Source: a virus (taxonomy: Duplodnaviria; Heunggongvirae; Uroviricota; Caudoviricetes). Taken from it: a stretch of 64,000 nt of DNA. The position numbers and the translations under genes were made by a program. How positions within the stretch are numbered: position 1 is the stretch's first letter; every line of letters starts with the position of its first letter. Below the pieces are notes generated by a model that was not told the DNA's origin, did not search any database, and saw only the letters and a program-made list of their open reading frames with translations. Below, in pieces: positions 39,909 to 49,340 of this stretch. The stretch lies in the IMG/VR virus record IMGVR_UViG_3300028025_004880; one strand, 5' to 3'.

Positions 39909-40850
39909 ATGGCAAAACAATTGATCAATGTAGGTACTACGCCAAACGATGGAACAGGCGATACTCTTCGCGATGCTGGTATTAAGGTTAATAACACACT
40001 AACAGAGTTGTATGATGCTTTGGGTACAACCGCAGGTGCGACAACACTAAAGATTACTACTGCTGGTGCATCAAATGGTGATGCTTTAAGGTGGAATGGT
40101 ACTACATTTGCGCCAGCTGCAGTTGTAGCTGACACTAATACAACATATGTTATTTCATCAGAAACAGCAACTGGTGGTGCAAATCTACGCTTAACTGGTT
40201 CAGATTCATCAACAGATAACGTGAAGATTGCTTCAGGAACTAACATGTCAGTGGTTAGAACTGATGCTAATACCATTACACTAAACTCTACTGATACTAA
40301 TACTACATACAACTTAACAACTGAGCAATTATTCGCTGGGCAAATAACTCTAAGACTGAATTCAGCGAATCCATCAGGAACTAATGACATCGCAATTATT
40401 CAAGGTGATGGCATTTCATTAACATCATCATTAAACAGCAACCTTCAGATTACTAATTCTGGTGTTAGATCTGTTAATGGTCAAACAGGTGCTATCTTTA
40501 TGCAGCCTGCAATTACCTTTAGTTTTGGTGGTTCTGGTACAACAAACTACACAGTTACAGGTCCTGGCTTAGCAGCTGCAGGAGAAGCAGATCCAACACT
40601 ATTCGTCTATCGTGGTTTTACATATCGCTTTACAACTACTATCGCTTCACAAATTTTAGAAATTTTAGATTCAAGTAACGTGGCACCAGCTGCAGCATTT
40701 ATTTCTTCAACTGGCGCAACAAGAAACGAAGCTGACCAAAACGAAACTGTTACATTTACTATACCAATGAGCGCAACACCAGGAAACACATTTAAATACA
40801 GAAGTAAATCAAACCCTGCTACAATGTTAGGAACTATTACTGTTGTCTAA
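39909..40850 (+). CDS. fibre/baseplate-type beta-rich protein (313 aa) with an N-terminal NDGTGD motif, occupying the slot where T4 has the small terminase gene
   Basis: N-terminus INVGTTPNDGTGDTLRDAGIKVNNTLTELYDALG is a motif I recognise from N-termini of phage fibre-type proteins. The rest is Thr/Gly/Asn/Ala-rich. It is not TerS-like (not small, helical or basic). Confidence 0.5.
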   Translation: MAKQLINVGTTPNDGTGDTLRDAGIKVNNTLTELYDALGTTAGATTLKITTAGASNGDALRWNGTTFAPAAVVADTNTTYVISSETATGGANLRLTGSDSSTDNVKIASGTNMSVVRTDANTITLNSTDTNTTYNLTTEQLFAGQITLRLNSANPSGTNDIAIIQGDGISLTSSLNSNLQITNSGVRSVNGQTGAIFMQPAITFSFGGSGTTNYTVTGPGLAAAGEADPTLFVYRGFTYRFTTTIASQILEILDSSNVAPAAAFISSTGATRNEADQNETVTFTIPMSATPGNTFKYRSKSNPATMLGTITVV

Positions 40851-42430
40851 TGGCTGCTAATTATAATTCGAACGCATCTCTAAAAGCTGCTGGTGTAAAA
40901 CATTCTTTTACACAAGAGCAAGTTGAAGAGTATGTAAAGTGTTCGCAAGATCCGAAATACTTTATAGACAATTATTGTTATATTGTTACACTAGATGACG
41001 GACTGCAGCCATTTAAATTATATGAGTGTCAAAAAGAAAAAATTGATTTAATCCACAATAATCGAAAGGTTATTTTAATGGAAGGTCGTCAGCAAGGTAA
41101 GACGACCACTTCTGCTGCATATATTTTGTGGTATACTATTTTTAATGATAGTAAGACAGTTGCTGTTTTAGCCAATAAAGCAAAAACTGCGCAGGAAATT
41201 TTATCACGCTATCAATTAATGTTTGAAAATTTGCCACCATGGTTACAGCAGGGTGTTACTACTTGGAATAAGGGCGACGTAGAGTTAGAAAATGGTAGTA
41301 AAGTTTTTACTGCAGCAACAACAATATCTGGTATTCGTTCAAAGTCAGTAAATTTATTATACATTGACGAAGCAGCTATTATTCCGAACCAAGTTGCAGA
41401 GGCATTCTTTACATCTGTATATCCTACTATTTCTGCAGGTAAGACTACTAAGATTCTCATTACGTCAACACCTCTTGGATATAATCATTTCTGGAAATTT
41501 TGGAATGATGCTGAGAATGGTAGAAACGACTTTAAGAGTATGTTCATCCCTTATTGGAAAATTCCAGGTAGAGATGAAGTATGGGCTGAAGAGCAAAGAA
41601 GACAGCTTGGTGAAATTAAATTCAATCAAGAAGTTCTTTGTAATTTTCTTGGTTCTGCGCTTACGCTTATTGCAGGCGATGCTATTGGCCAAATGTCGCC
41701 AGAGCCATACATCTTCCAGAAAGATGGGTTTGATGTTATTAAGCCACCGAAAAAAGATAACATTTATACTTTAGTTGCTGACGTAGGAAGAGGTGTTGAG
41801 GGTGATTATAGCGCATTTACAGTTGTAGACGTCACAGAATCGCCATATCACATAGTAGCTAAATATAGAAACAATACTGTTAGTACATTATTATACCCTT
41901 CTATCATTGAAAAAGTTGGTAGAGAATATAATAATGCATTCGTTCTTATTGAGCAAAATACTAGTGATCAAGTAACTGATATTTTGTATAATGAGTTAGA
42001 ATACGAAAACCTATTATTTGTCAACAGAACCACTAAGGGACAATTTGTTTCTGGTGGTTTTGGTGGCGGTAAAACTCAATTAGGTGTTTACACAGATAAG
42101 GCTGTCAAAAGACGTGGTTGCTTAAATCTAAAGACACTTGTTGAAGAAAAGAAATTGTTGGTAACGGATTTCGATGCAATTTCAGAACTCTCGACCTTCA
42201 TCGAAACAAAGGGATCTTTTGCTGCTGATGATGGGTATCATGATGATGTAGTAATGACTTTGGTGCTTTTTGCTTGGCTTACAACCCAGCCATACTTTAA
42301 AGAACTTACTGATGTAAATATGAGAACTGTTATATACGAAAAACACATACAAGCAATAGAAGAACAATTAACACCATTTGGGTTTATTTCAGATGGAAGA
42401 GAAGAGGAAGCGGTTCCATTGAATTTCTAA
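40850..42430 (+). CDS. gp17: terminase large subunit gp17
   Basis: Walker A LMEGRQQGKTTTSAAYILWYTIFNDSKTVAVLANKAKTAQE aligns to T4 gp17 [40 protein letters not shown]. 526 aa. Confidence 0.9.
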   Translation: MAANYNSNASLKAAGVKHSFTQEQVEEYVKCSQDPKYFIDNYCYIVTLDDGLQPFKLYECQKEKIDLIHNNRKVILMEGRQQGKTTTSAAYILWYTIFNDSKTVAVLANKAKTAQEILSRYQLMFENLPPWLQQGVTTWNKGDVELENGSKVFTAATTISGIRSKSVNLLYIDEAAIIPNQVAEAFFTSVYPTISAGKTTKILITSTPLGYNHFWKFWNDAENGRNDFKSMFIPYWKIPGRDEVWAEEQRRQLGEIKFNQEVLCNFLGSALTLIAGDAIGQMSPEPYIFQKDGFDVIKPPKKDNIYTLVADVGRGVEGDYSAFTVVDVTESPYHIVAKYRNNTVSTLLYPSIIEKVGREYNNAFVLIEQNTSDQVTDILYNELEYENLLFVNRTTKGQFVSGGFGGGKTQLGVYTDKAVKRRGCLNLKTLVEEKKLLVTDFDAISELSTFIETKGSFAADDGYHDDVVMTLVLFAWLTTQPYFKELTDVNMRTVIYEKHIQAIEEQLTPFGFISDGREEEAVPLNF

Positions 42431-42513
42431 AATCATAGAATTACTAAATAATACTATGAAGACCGTGCTCCTCAGTAGCAATCAAAAATAATAATGTAAT
42501 AAGGAGAATTACA

Positions 42514-44247
42514 ATGCCTTTCCAACTTAGTCCTGGCGTTGCAGTAGTAGAAAGAGATCTAACTTCAATCGTTCCTGCGGTATCAACATCTGCAGGCGCT
42601 TTTGCTGGCGCATTTGCTTGGGGTCCTGTAGAGGATCCAGTTCAGATTGCATCTGAGAATGAACTTGTAAGTCGTTTCGGGAAACCAAACGATAACAATT
42701 TTATTCCATTCTACACAGCAGCTAACTTTTTGTCATACGCAAACAATCTATTAGTTGTGCGAACAACTGGTACGAACTTAAAAAACGCAGGTACTTCTGG
42801 TACACCTGTGTTGATTAAAAATCTAGATAATTACACTTCAGCTTACGCAAATGGCCAAGGTACTGTCGGCGAATTCGCTGCCAAATATCCTGGATCATTA
42901 GGTAATTCTCTTAAATTCATTATGGTTGACTCTGAGTCATTTGCTTCCTTTGCCTCTTCTAACGCAGATCTAGCAGCTCAATTTGAATATGCTCCTGGCA
43001 CATCTCCTTTTGCTGTAAACGCAGGTAAAACTGCTGCTGAAGATGAAGTGCATATCATGGTTATTGACGTTGATGGTCAATGGACTGGAACTGCAGGTTC
43101 TGTTTTAGAGAAATTTACTGGTCTTTCAAAAGCATCTGATGCTAAGAAACCAGATGGATCTAACAACTACTATGCAGCTGTTATCAATAGTCAATCTAAG
43201 TATCTATGGTGGATGGATCACCCAACTGCTCTTGAAGCAACAGGTGTAGCTTGGGGCGCAGCAATTACCAGCGTTACATCAAGTGGCGCTACCACAGAAT
43301 ACAAATCTTTATCTGCAGCATTAAACGTAACACTTGCTGGTGGTGCTGATGATTATTCTCCTTCTAGCGGAAATATACAAACAGCATATAGCATTTTTGC
43401 TAATGATGAGTTGTATGATATTTCTCTAGTTATGGCAGGTAAAGCAACTACTACTGACGCTACATACATCATCAATAATATTGCTGAAGTGCGTAAAGAT
43501 TGTGTTGCATTTATTAGCCCACAAGATGTTAGCGACGGATCAATTGTTATTGGTTCTACTTCTACCGAAATCAATAAACTTACTGCATACCGTGATGCGC
43601 TACCAAGCTCTTCATATGCCGTATTAGATTCTGGTTACAAGTATCAGTATGACAGATACAATGATAAATTCCGCTACATTCCATTGAATGGTGATATCGC
43701 AGGTCTATGTGCCCGTACTGATTACACTACAGATCCTTGGTTCTCTCCAGGTGGTCTAAATCGTGGACAAATTAAAAACGTAGTTAAACTAGCTGTAAAC
43801 GCAGGAAAAACACAACGTGATACACTCTATAAAAAGGGTATTAATCCAGTTGTTACATTCCCAGGAGAAGGAACAGTATTGTTTGGAGATAAAACTCTAT
43901 TGGCTGCACCAAGTGCATTTGATAGAATTAACGTGCGTCGTTTGTTTATCGTTCTTGAAAAAGCGATTGCAACTGCTGCTAAATTCCAACTGTTTGAGTT
44001 TAACGATGGCTTTACTCGTGCGCAATTCAGAAACTTAATTGAACCATTCCTACGTGATGTTCAAGGTCGTAGAGGTGTTACTGACTTCCGAGTAAAGTGC
44101 GATGATACAAATAACACTGGCGAAGTAATTGACCGCAATGAATTCGTTGCCGAAATCTTCGTGAAACCAAATCGCTCTATTAACTTTATCACCCTTACTT
44201 TCGTTGCTTCACGTTCGTCTGTGAACTTTAACGAAATCGGTGCATAA
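42514..44247 (+). CDS. gp18: tail sheath protein gp18
   Basis: N-terminus FQLSPGVAVVERDLTS..AGAFAWGPV and internal YKYQYDRYNDKFRYIPLNGDIAGLCARTD...FDRINVRRLF align to T4 gp18 (YKYQYDKYNDVNRWVPLAADIAGLCARTD, FDRINVRRLF). Confidence 0.9.
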   Translation: MPFQLSPGVAVVERDLTSIVPAVSTSAGAFAGAFAWGPVEDPVQIASENELVSRFGKPNDNNFIPFYTAANFLSYANNLLVVRTTGTNLKNAGTSGTPVLIKNLDNYTSAYANGQGTVGEFAAKYPGSLGNSLKFIMVDSESFASFASSNADLAAQFEYAPGTSPFAVNAGKTAAEDEVHIMVIDVDGQWTGTAGSVLEKFTGLSKASDAKKPDGSNNYYAAVINSQSKYLWWMDHPTALEATGVAWGAAITSVTSSGATTEYKSLSAALNVTLAGGADDYSPSSGNIQTAYSIFANDELYDISLVMAGKATTTDATYIINNIAEVRKDCVAFISPQDVSDGSIVIGSTSTEINKLTAYRDALPSSSYAVLDSGYKYQYDRYNDKFRYIPLNGDIAGLCARTDYTTDPWFSPGGLNRGQIKNVVKLAVNAGKTQRDTLYKKGINPVVTFPGEGTVLFGDKTLLAAPSAFDRINVRRLFIVLEKAIATAAKFQLFEFNDGFTRAQFRNLIEPFLRDVQGRRGVTDFRVKCDDTNNTGEVIDRNEFVAEIFVKPNRSINFITLTFVASRSSVNFNEIGA

Positions 44248-44278
44248 TCAACTAAATAGAAGATAAGGAGAAAAGAAT

Positions 44279-44872
44279 ATGGCAAATATTGCTGATTTTA
44301 AAGCGCAACTACTTGGTGGTGGGGCACGTCCTAACCAATTCCGAGTAGAACTAAGTTTTCCCTCATATGTAACAGCAGGGATTATCGCAGGTACTCGTGC
44401 TCAGTTTTTATGTAAAGCTGCGCAATTACCTGCTGCTACGATTGAAGACATTCCTGTCCAATATCGTGGTCGTGCTGTTCACGTTGCAGGAGAAAGAACT
44501 TTTGCACCATGGTCTGTTACTATTATTAATGATACGTCGTTTAATATTAGAAACGCATTGGAACAATGGTCAAATGGTATCCAAAATTTAACAACAACTA
44601 ATGGTAGAACTGCACCTCGCGAATATCAAGTGGACTTAGATGTTCATCAGTTAGATCGTAATGGCGCTATCATTAAATCGTACAGATTTGTGGATGCGTA
44701 TCCAACAAACATCTCTGCGATTGCGTTAAGTTTTGATCAAACAAATGCAATTGAAGAATTTGAGTGCGAATTTACATACAACTATTGGTCTTCAAATACA
44801 GCAACTGCTTCTGGCGTTGGTGTAAATGTATCGATCGATACACCGATCGGATCGCTACCAATTCGTATTTAA
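44279..44872 (+). CDS. gp19: tail tube protein gp19
   Basis: ARPNQFRVELSFP...FLCKAAQLPAATIEDIPVQYRGRAVHVAGERTFAPWSVTIIND aligns to T4 gp19 ARPNLFQVEISYL...FQCKATALPAGIVEKIPVGFMNRKINVAGDRTFDDWTVTVMND. Confidence 0.9.
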   Translation: MANIADFKAQLLGGGARPNQFRVELSFPSYVTAGIIAGTRAQFLCKAAQLPAATIEDIPVQYRGRAVHVAGERTFAPWSVTIINDTSFNIRNALEQWSNGIQNLTTTNGRTAPREYQVDLDVHQLDRNGAIIKSYRFVDAYPTNISAIALSFDQTNAIEEFECEFTYNYWSSNTATASGVGVNVSIDTPIGSLPIRI

Positions 44873-44906
44873 TACATTTTTATAATTATTTTGAGAGTAG
44901 GTCACA

Positions 44907-46457
44907 ATGGCTGAATTATTTGGTTTTGAAATAAAGCGAAAGAAAGATAAAGAACTACCCAGTGTGGTAGTTCCCTCATCTGATGATGGAAGTACGGTAG
45001 TCAACAGTGCGGGTGGTTATTTTGGGATGGTTCTCGATCTTGATGCATTAATTAAGAGCGAGAACGATCTTATTAAGAAGTATAGGGAAGTGGCTCAGTA
45101 TCCTGATTGTGATGCTGCAGTCGAAGACATTGTTAATGAAGCAATTATTTCTGAGGATAATAAATCTCCAGTAAATATTGTTTTAGACCATGTAAAATTG
45201 TCAACTAACATTAAGAATAAAATTCAAGAAGAATTTGCTCAGGTTCTTAAGTTGTTGAAGTTTGAGGATCGTTGTAATGAAATGTTCCGCTCATGGTATG
45301 TAGATGGAAGATTATACTATCATATTTTGATTGATCTAGAAAAACCAAAAAATGGTATTGTTGAGTTAAGATATATTGATCCACGAAAAATTCGTAAGAT
45401 AAAAGAGATCGTAAAAGAGCGTGCGAAAAATGGCGCTGAGGTTGTTAAGGGTGTAGAAGAATACTACCTATATAACGACAAGGGTATTACTGAAGGAAGA
45501 ACGCAAGGAATTAGGCTATCGCTTGATTCCGTAATCTTCATTCCTTCTGGGCTTACTGATGGCAACTCTGGTATGACATTGAGTCATCTCCACAAAGCAA
45601 TTAAGCCAGTGAATCAACTAAAGATGATTGAAGATTCTTTAGTGATTTATAGAATTACAAGAGCACCAGAACGTAGGGTGTTTTATATTGATGTCGGTAA
45701 CTTGCCTAAGTTAAAAGCTGAGCAATATGTTAACGACATTATGAATAAGTTTAAGAATAAAGTTGTTTATGATGCAACTACAGGTGAAGTAAGAGATGAT
45801 AGAAAACACCTTAGTATGCTTGAAGATTTTTGGATGCCACGTCGTGAAGGCGGTAAGGGAACTGAGATTACCACGTTACAGGGTGGTCAAAGTTTAGCAA
45901 ATATTGAAGATGTCAATTATTTCCAAAATAAACTATATCAAGCATTAAGTGTTCCTGTTACACGTCTAAGACAAGATACAGGTTTTACACTTGGCAAGGC
46001 ATCAGAGATTACTCGTGACGAAGTTAAGTTTAGTAAATTTATCAATCGTTTACGTAAAAAGTTTTCGAAATTGTTTTTAGATACATTAAGAGTACAGTTG
46101 ATTGCTAAATCAATTATCTCACCAGATGACTGGGAAGAAATGGATCTAGAACAAAGTATCAAGTTTGACTATATGAAGGATAATTTCTTCGCAGAGTTAA
46201 AAGGTACTGAGATATTACAAGGTCGGTTAAATATGCTTCAGGCAATCGAACCATATGTTGGTAAGTATTATTCTGTTGCATATATTCGTAAACATGTTTT
46301 ACACCAATCTGAAGAAGAGATGGAAGAAATTGATAAGCAGGTTGAAGAAGAACAAGAGCATATTGCCAAACTACAGTTTGCGCAAACTCCCGTGACTCAA
46401 CAACCAGATGAAGTTGATAGTGAACAACAAGATGATCCTCAAGGAGATAGTAAATGA
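44907..46457 (+). CDS. gp20: portal vertex protein gp20
   Basis: [36 protein letters not shown] and [53 protein letters not shown] align closely to T4 gp20 ([89 protein letters not shown]). Confidence 0.95.
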   Translation: [516 protein letters not shown]

Positions 46458-46654
46458 CCACAAGAGATTTAATTGATGCAATGGCAGCAGGTAAAACAGT
46501 TGACATGGAGTCAGCTTTCAATGCGCAAGTCGCAGAACGTGTTGCTGCAAAAATAGAACAAATGAAACTAGATATGTCACAAACTTTGTTTCAAAACAAA
46601 GAAGCTGTTGAGCAAGAGACTGAAGAAAACTCAGAAGATTCAACAGTAGAATAA
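46454..46654 (+). CDS. small acidic protein (66 aa), possible prohead core protein (gp67-position)
   Basis: ATGA-coupled to portal. Acidic C-tail. Position corresponds to T4 gene 67. Confidence 0.4.
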   Translation: MTTRDLIDAMAAGKTVDMESAFNAQVAERVAAKIEQMKLDMSQTLFQNKEAVEQETEENSEDSTVE

Positions 46655-46655
46655 T

Positions 46656-47195
46656 ATGTTATCTTTTTCGTCATTAAGAAAAAACCTTTGCCAAATGACT
46701 AATGTATTAGAGTCATTTACATATGGTAAAAATAAGTCTTCTGTAAAAATTGCAGAAGATTTTAGTGTTTTCATAAATGACGAAAAACATGAACAAGAAT
46801 TTTCCAGTTTGGAAGAAGCCAAAAAATACTGTAAAGATCACATAACAACATTAGAAATATTAGAAGACATAGACTTAACGATACCTGAAAATAAGGTAGC
46901 ATCATATATCAAGAAACACTATAATATCGAAAAAATAACCGATACTCTTGTAGAATCATATATTGAATTGGCTTCTTCTAATATTTTTACCATAGACCCT
47001 GTAGTTTTGGAAATGAAATTAAATTCATCATTAATTGCAGGCAAACTAGATTATACGCTCGAAGACAAAAGTGTAGTTGCTATTAGCGAATCCACTCAAA
47101 ACAAACTAAATATGTTAATGAAAGATCGTGCTGATGTGGTGCAATACATGAGAGAGTCTAAAGAAAATTTTATGCGTGTAGTTAAAGAAATCTAA
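46656..47195 (+). CDS. hypothetical protein (179 aa), possible prohead core protein (gp68-position)
   Basis: ORF between the portal and protease genes. An internal ATG at about 46695 (MTNVLESF) may be the real start. Confidence 0.4.
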   Translation: MLSFSSLRKNLCQMTNVLESFTYGKNKSSVKIAEDFSVFINDEKHEQEFSSLEEAKKYCKDHITTLEILEDIDLTIPENKVASYIKKHYNIEKITDTLVESYIELASSNIFTIDPVVLEMKLNSSLIAGKLDYTLEDKSVVAISESTQNKLNMLMKDRADVVQYMRESKENFMRVVKEI

Positions 47196-47206
47196 AGGAC
47201 AAAGTA

Positions 47207-47617
47207 ATGGCAGCGACAAAAACAGTCACTAAAAAAACAAATCAAGATGCGCATGTAAGAATTATTGCGACAGCTAATGCTGATACATCTACAATTTCTT
47301 TAGCAACAGACTTAAAACTGGCAAACGAAGTAACAGCTAGTTTAACGCAAAAAGTTATTATCACACAAGTTGCTTTTACATCAAGTTCAAATATAACATT
47401 AACCAGAAATGGTGTTGTCGTAGCAAATTATCATGGTACAGGATCTTTTGTTGATTCTGAGTTTGTCATAATTGATGAACCAACATCTGATATTGTTGTT
47501 ACTTTTGCTGGCGCAGGTATGATCAATTTAAAACTTAAGAAGATTGATGGTTATACTGATCCAATCGAAACTGGCGCATTCGGTATTAAAGATAACCCAG
47601 CTGTGGTCGGGAGTTAA
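47207..47617 (+). CDS. hypothetical beta-rich protein (136 aa) between prohead core genes and protease
   Basis: ORF with an AAAGGACAAAGTAATGG RBS. No family recognised. Confidence 0.45.
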   Translation: MAATKTVTKKTNQDAHVRIIATANADTSTISLATDLKLANEVTASLTQKVIITQVAFTSSSNITLTRNGVVVANYHGTGSFVDSEFVIIDEPTSDIVVTFAGAGMINLKLKKIDGYTDPIETGAFGIKDNPAVVGS

Positions 47618-47620
47618 TCT

Positions 47621-48274
47621 ATGAAACTAATTAGAGAAGAAGTTCAAGACGTCAGATTTATCGTAGAAGAAAAAGTAGGAAAGAAGAAAGACTACTTTAT
47701 CGAAGGTATCTTTCTACAAGCTGATCTTAAGAATAAGAATGGGCGCATGTATCCATCCGAAGTTATGGATAAAGAAGTCGCTCGTTACATGGAAGAAACA
47801 GTTAAGAACAATCGTGCCTTTGGAGAGTTGGGTCATCCTGATGGTCCAGGCATAAATCTCCACTTAGTATCACATATGATTACTGAGTTGAGAAAAGAAG
47901 GCTCCAACTATTATGGAAGAGCAAAAATTTTAGAAACACCGAACGGGATGATTGCTAGAGGTCTTTTAGATGGTGGCGCAAATCTTGGTGTTTCTAGTCG
48001 AGCAGTTGGTACACTAAAAGAAAACAAAGATGGTGTTCAGATTGTTCAAGACGATTTTACGCTGTCAACAGCAGCAGATATCGTTGCTGACCCTTCAGCC
48101 CCAGATGCTTTCGTTCGTGGCATTATGGAAGGCAAGGAATGGGTTTTCGTTAATGGGAAATTTGTGGAGAAACATATAGATGAAGTGAAGCGTGTAATTC
48201 GTAAAACTTCATCAAAGAATTTAACGGAAGCCAAAGTCCGTGCTTTCCAGAATTTTTTGAGTAAAATCAAATAA
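47621..48274 (+). CDS. gp21: prohead core protease gp21
   Basis: YFIEGIFLQADLKNKNGRMYP...FGELGHPDGP...YGRAKILETP...GVSSRAVGTL aligns to T4 gp21 LYIEGIFMQAEVVNRNKRLYP...LGELNHPPRA...YGRARVIEGD...GVSSRGLGSL. Confidence 0.85.
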   Translation: MKLIREEVQDVRFIVEEKVGKKKDYFIEGIFLQADLKNKNGRMYPSEVMDKEVARYMEETVKNNRAFGELGHPDGPGINLHLVSHMITELRKEGSNYYGRAKILETPNGMIARGLLDGGANLGVSSRAVGTLKENKDGVQIVQDDFTLSTAADIVADPSAPDAFVRGIMEGKEWVFVNGKFVEKHIDEVKRVIRKTSSKNLTEAKVRAFQNFLSKIK

Positions 48275-48276
48275 TT

Positions 48277-48284
48277 TATAAATA
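48277..48284 (+). promoter_or_regulatory. T4-type late promoter box TATAAATA upstream of scaffold gene
   Basis: Exact TATAAATA 37 nt upstream of the ATG at 48321. Confidence 0.45.
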
Positions 48285-48320
48285 ATTACATAGAACTTAT
48301 CCAGTTATAGGAGATCAAAG

Positions 48321-49316
48321 ATGTCAATTGAAAAGAAAATCGCAGAAATGTTGGCTGAATCAAATCAGCTTAAAACAGCATTGAGCGAAGAAAACCAAGA
48401 ACCAAACAATAAGAGAAACGATGTTCGCGAGCCGACAGCGCCTACTACCAAGAAGGGCGATGTAAAGAGCAATGCTTCAGCTCCTGAGACATCAAATCTT
48501 AAAGCGGTCAAAGAAGAAGAAGAAGTAATCGAAGACGAAACTCTTGTAGAAGAAGAAGTCGTTGAAGATGAAGTTAAGACTCGCGAATTTACTATCGATG
48601 TCAGCGAAGATGTTGCTGCTCTTGTAAATGGCGAAGAACTTTCTGAAGAATTTAAAACTAAAGCTGCTACTATTTTCGAAGCAGCAGTAGTAACAAGAGT
48701 TAAACAAGAAATTGTTAAACTCGACGAAGAGTATGAGTCTAAACTTGCTGAGCAAGTTGAGAATTATAAAGAGGGTCTTGTTGAAAAGATTGATGGTTAT
48801 CTCAACTATATGGTTGAGCAGTGGATTGCTGATAATGAACTTGCCCTAGAATCTGGTATTAAGTCTGAAATCATGGAAGACTTTATTGAGAAGTTGAAAG
48901 TTGCGTTCCAAGAATCGTATATCGAAATTCCTGAAGAGCGTTTCGATGTGTTAGCTGATATGGAAGAAACACTTCAATCTCTCGAATCAAAACTTGACGA
49001 AACAGTTGCTAAGAATATCGAACTAACAAAAACAATCAATGAAACTGCTCGCAAGGCAACAGTTGATGCTTTCGTTAAAGATATGACAGACACTGAAGTT
49101 GAGAAGTTTAAGTCTTTGTCTGAAGAACTATCTTATGATGATGCAGAATCATTTAAGAAAAAGCTACAAACAATCCATGAGAACTATTTTGCTAAAAAGG
49201 CATCTTCAGAAGTTAAGTCTGTAGTAACAGACAGTGCAGTCGAAGAGCTACGTGAGGAAAAAGTAATTGATCCTAACGTAAAAGCATATTTGAACGCATT
49301 TAACACAAAAAAATAA
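48321..49316 (+). CDS. gp22: prohead core scaffold protein gp22
   Basis: 331 aa, highly acidic, coiled-coil-like (EEEEVIEDETLVEEEVVEDEVK...). Lies between gp21 and gp23 as in T4. Confidence 0.7.
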   Translation: MSIEKKIAEMLAESNQLKTALSEENQEPNNKRNDVREPTAPTTKKGDVKSNASAPETSNLKAVKEEEEVIEDETLVEEEVVEDEVKTREFTIDVSEDVAALVNGEELSEEFKTKAATIFEAAVVTRVKQEIVKLDEEYESKLAEQVENYKEGLVEKIDGYLNYMVEQWIADNELALESGIKSEIMEDFIEKLKVAFQESYIEIPEERFDVLADMEETLQSLESKLDETVAKNIELTKTINETARKATVDAFVKDMTDTEVEKFKSLSEELSYDDAESFKKKLQTIHENYFAKKASSEVKSVVTDSAVEELREEKVIDPNVKAYLNAFNTKK

Positions 49317-49340
49317 CAATCCAAATCTTAGGAGTAAATA

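Noticed and set aside
39893-40390. 165-aa minus-strand ORF overlapping the end of gp15 and the NDGTGD protein
   Set aside because: Antisense to two tightly coupled plus-strand genes. Hydrophobic low-complexity translation and no RBS.
48492-48755. 87-aa minus-strand ORF rich in Phe/Asn/Ser within gp22
   Set aside because: Antisense of the GAA/GAT-rich acidic scaffold region (TTC/ATC-rich), a classic shadow ORF.
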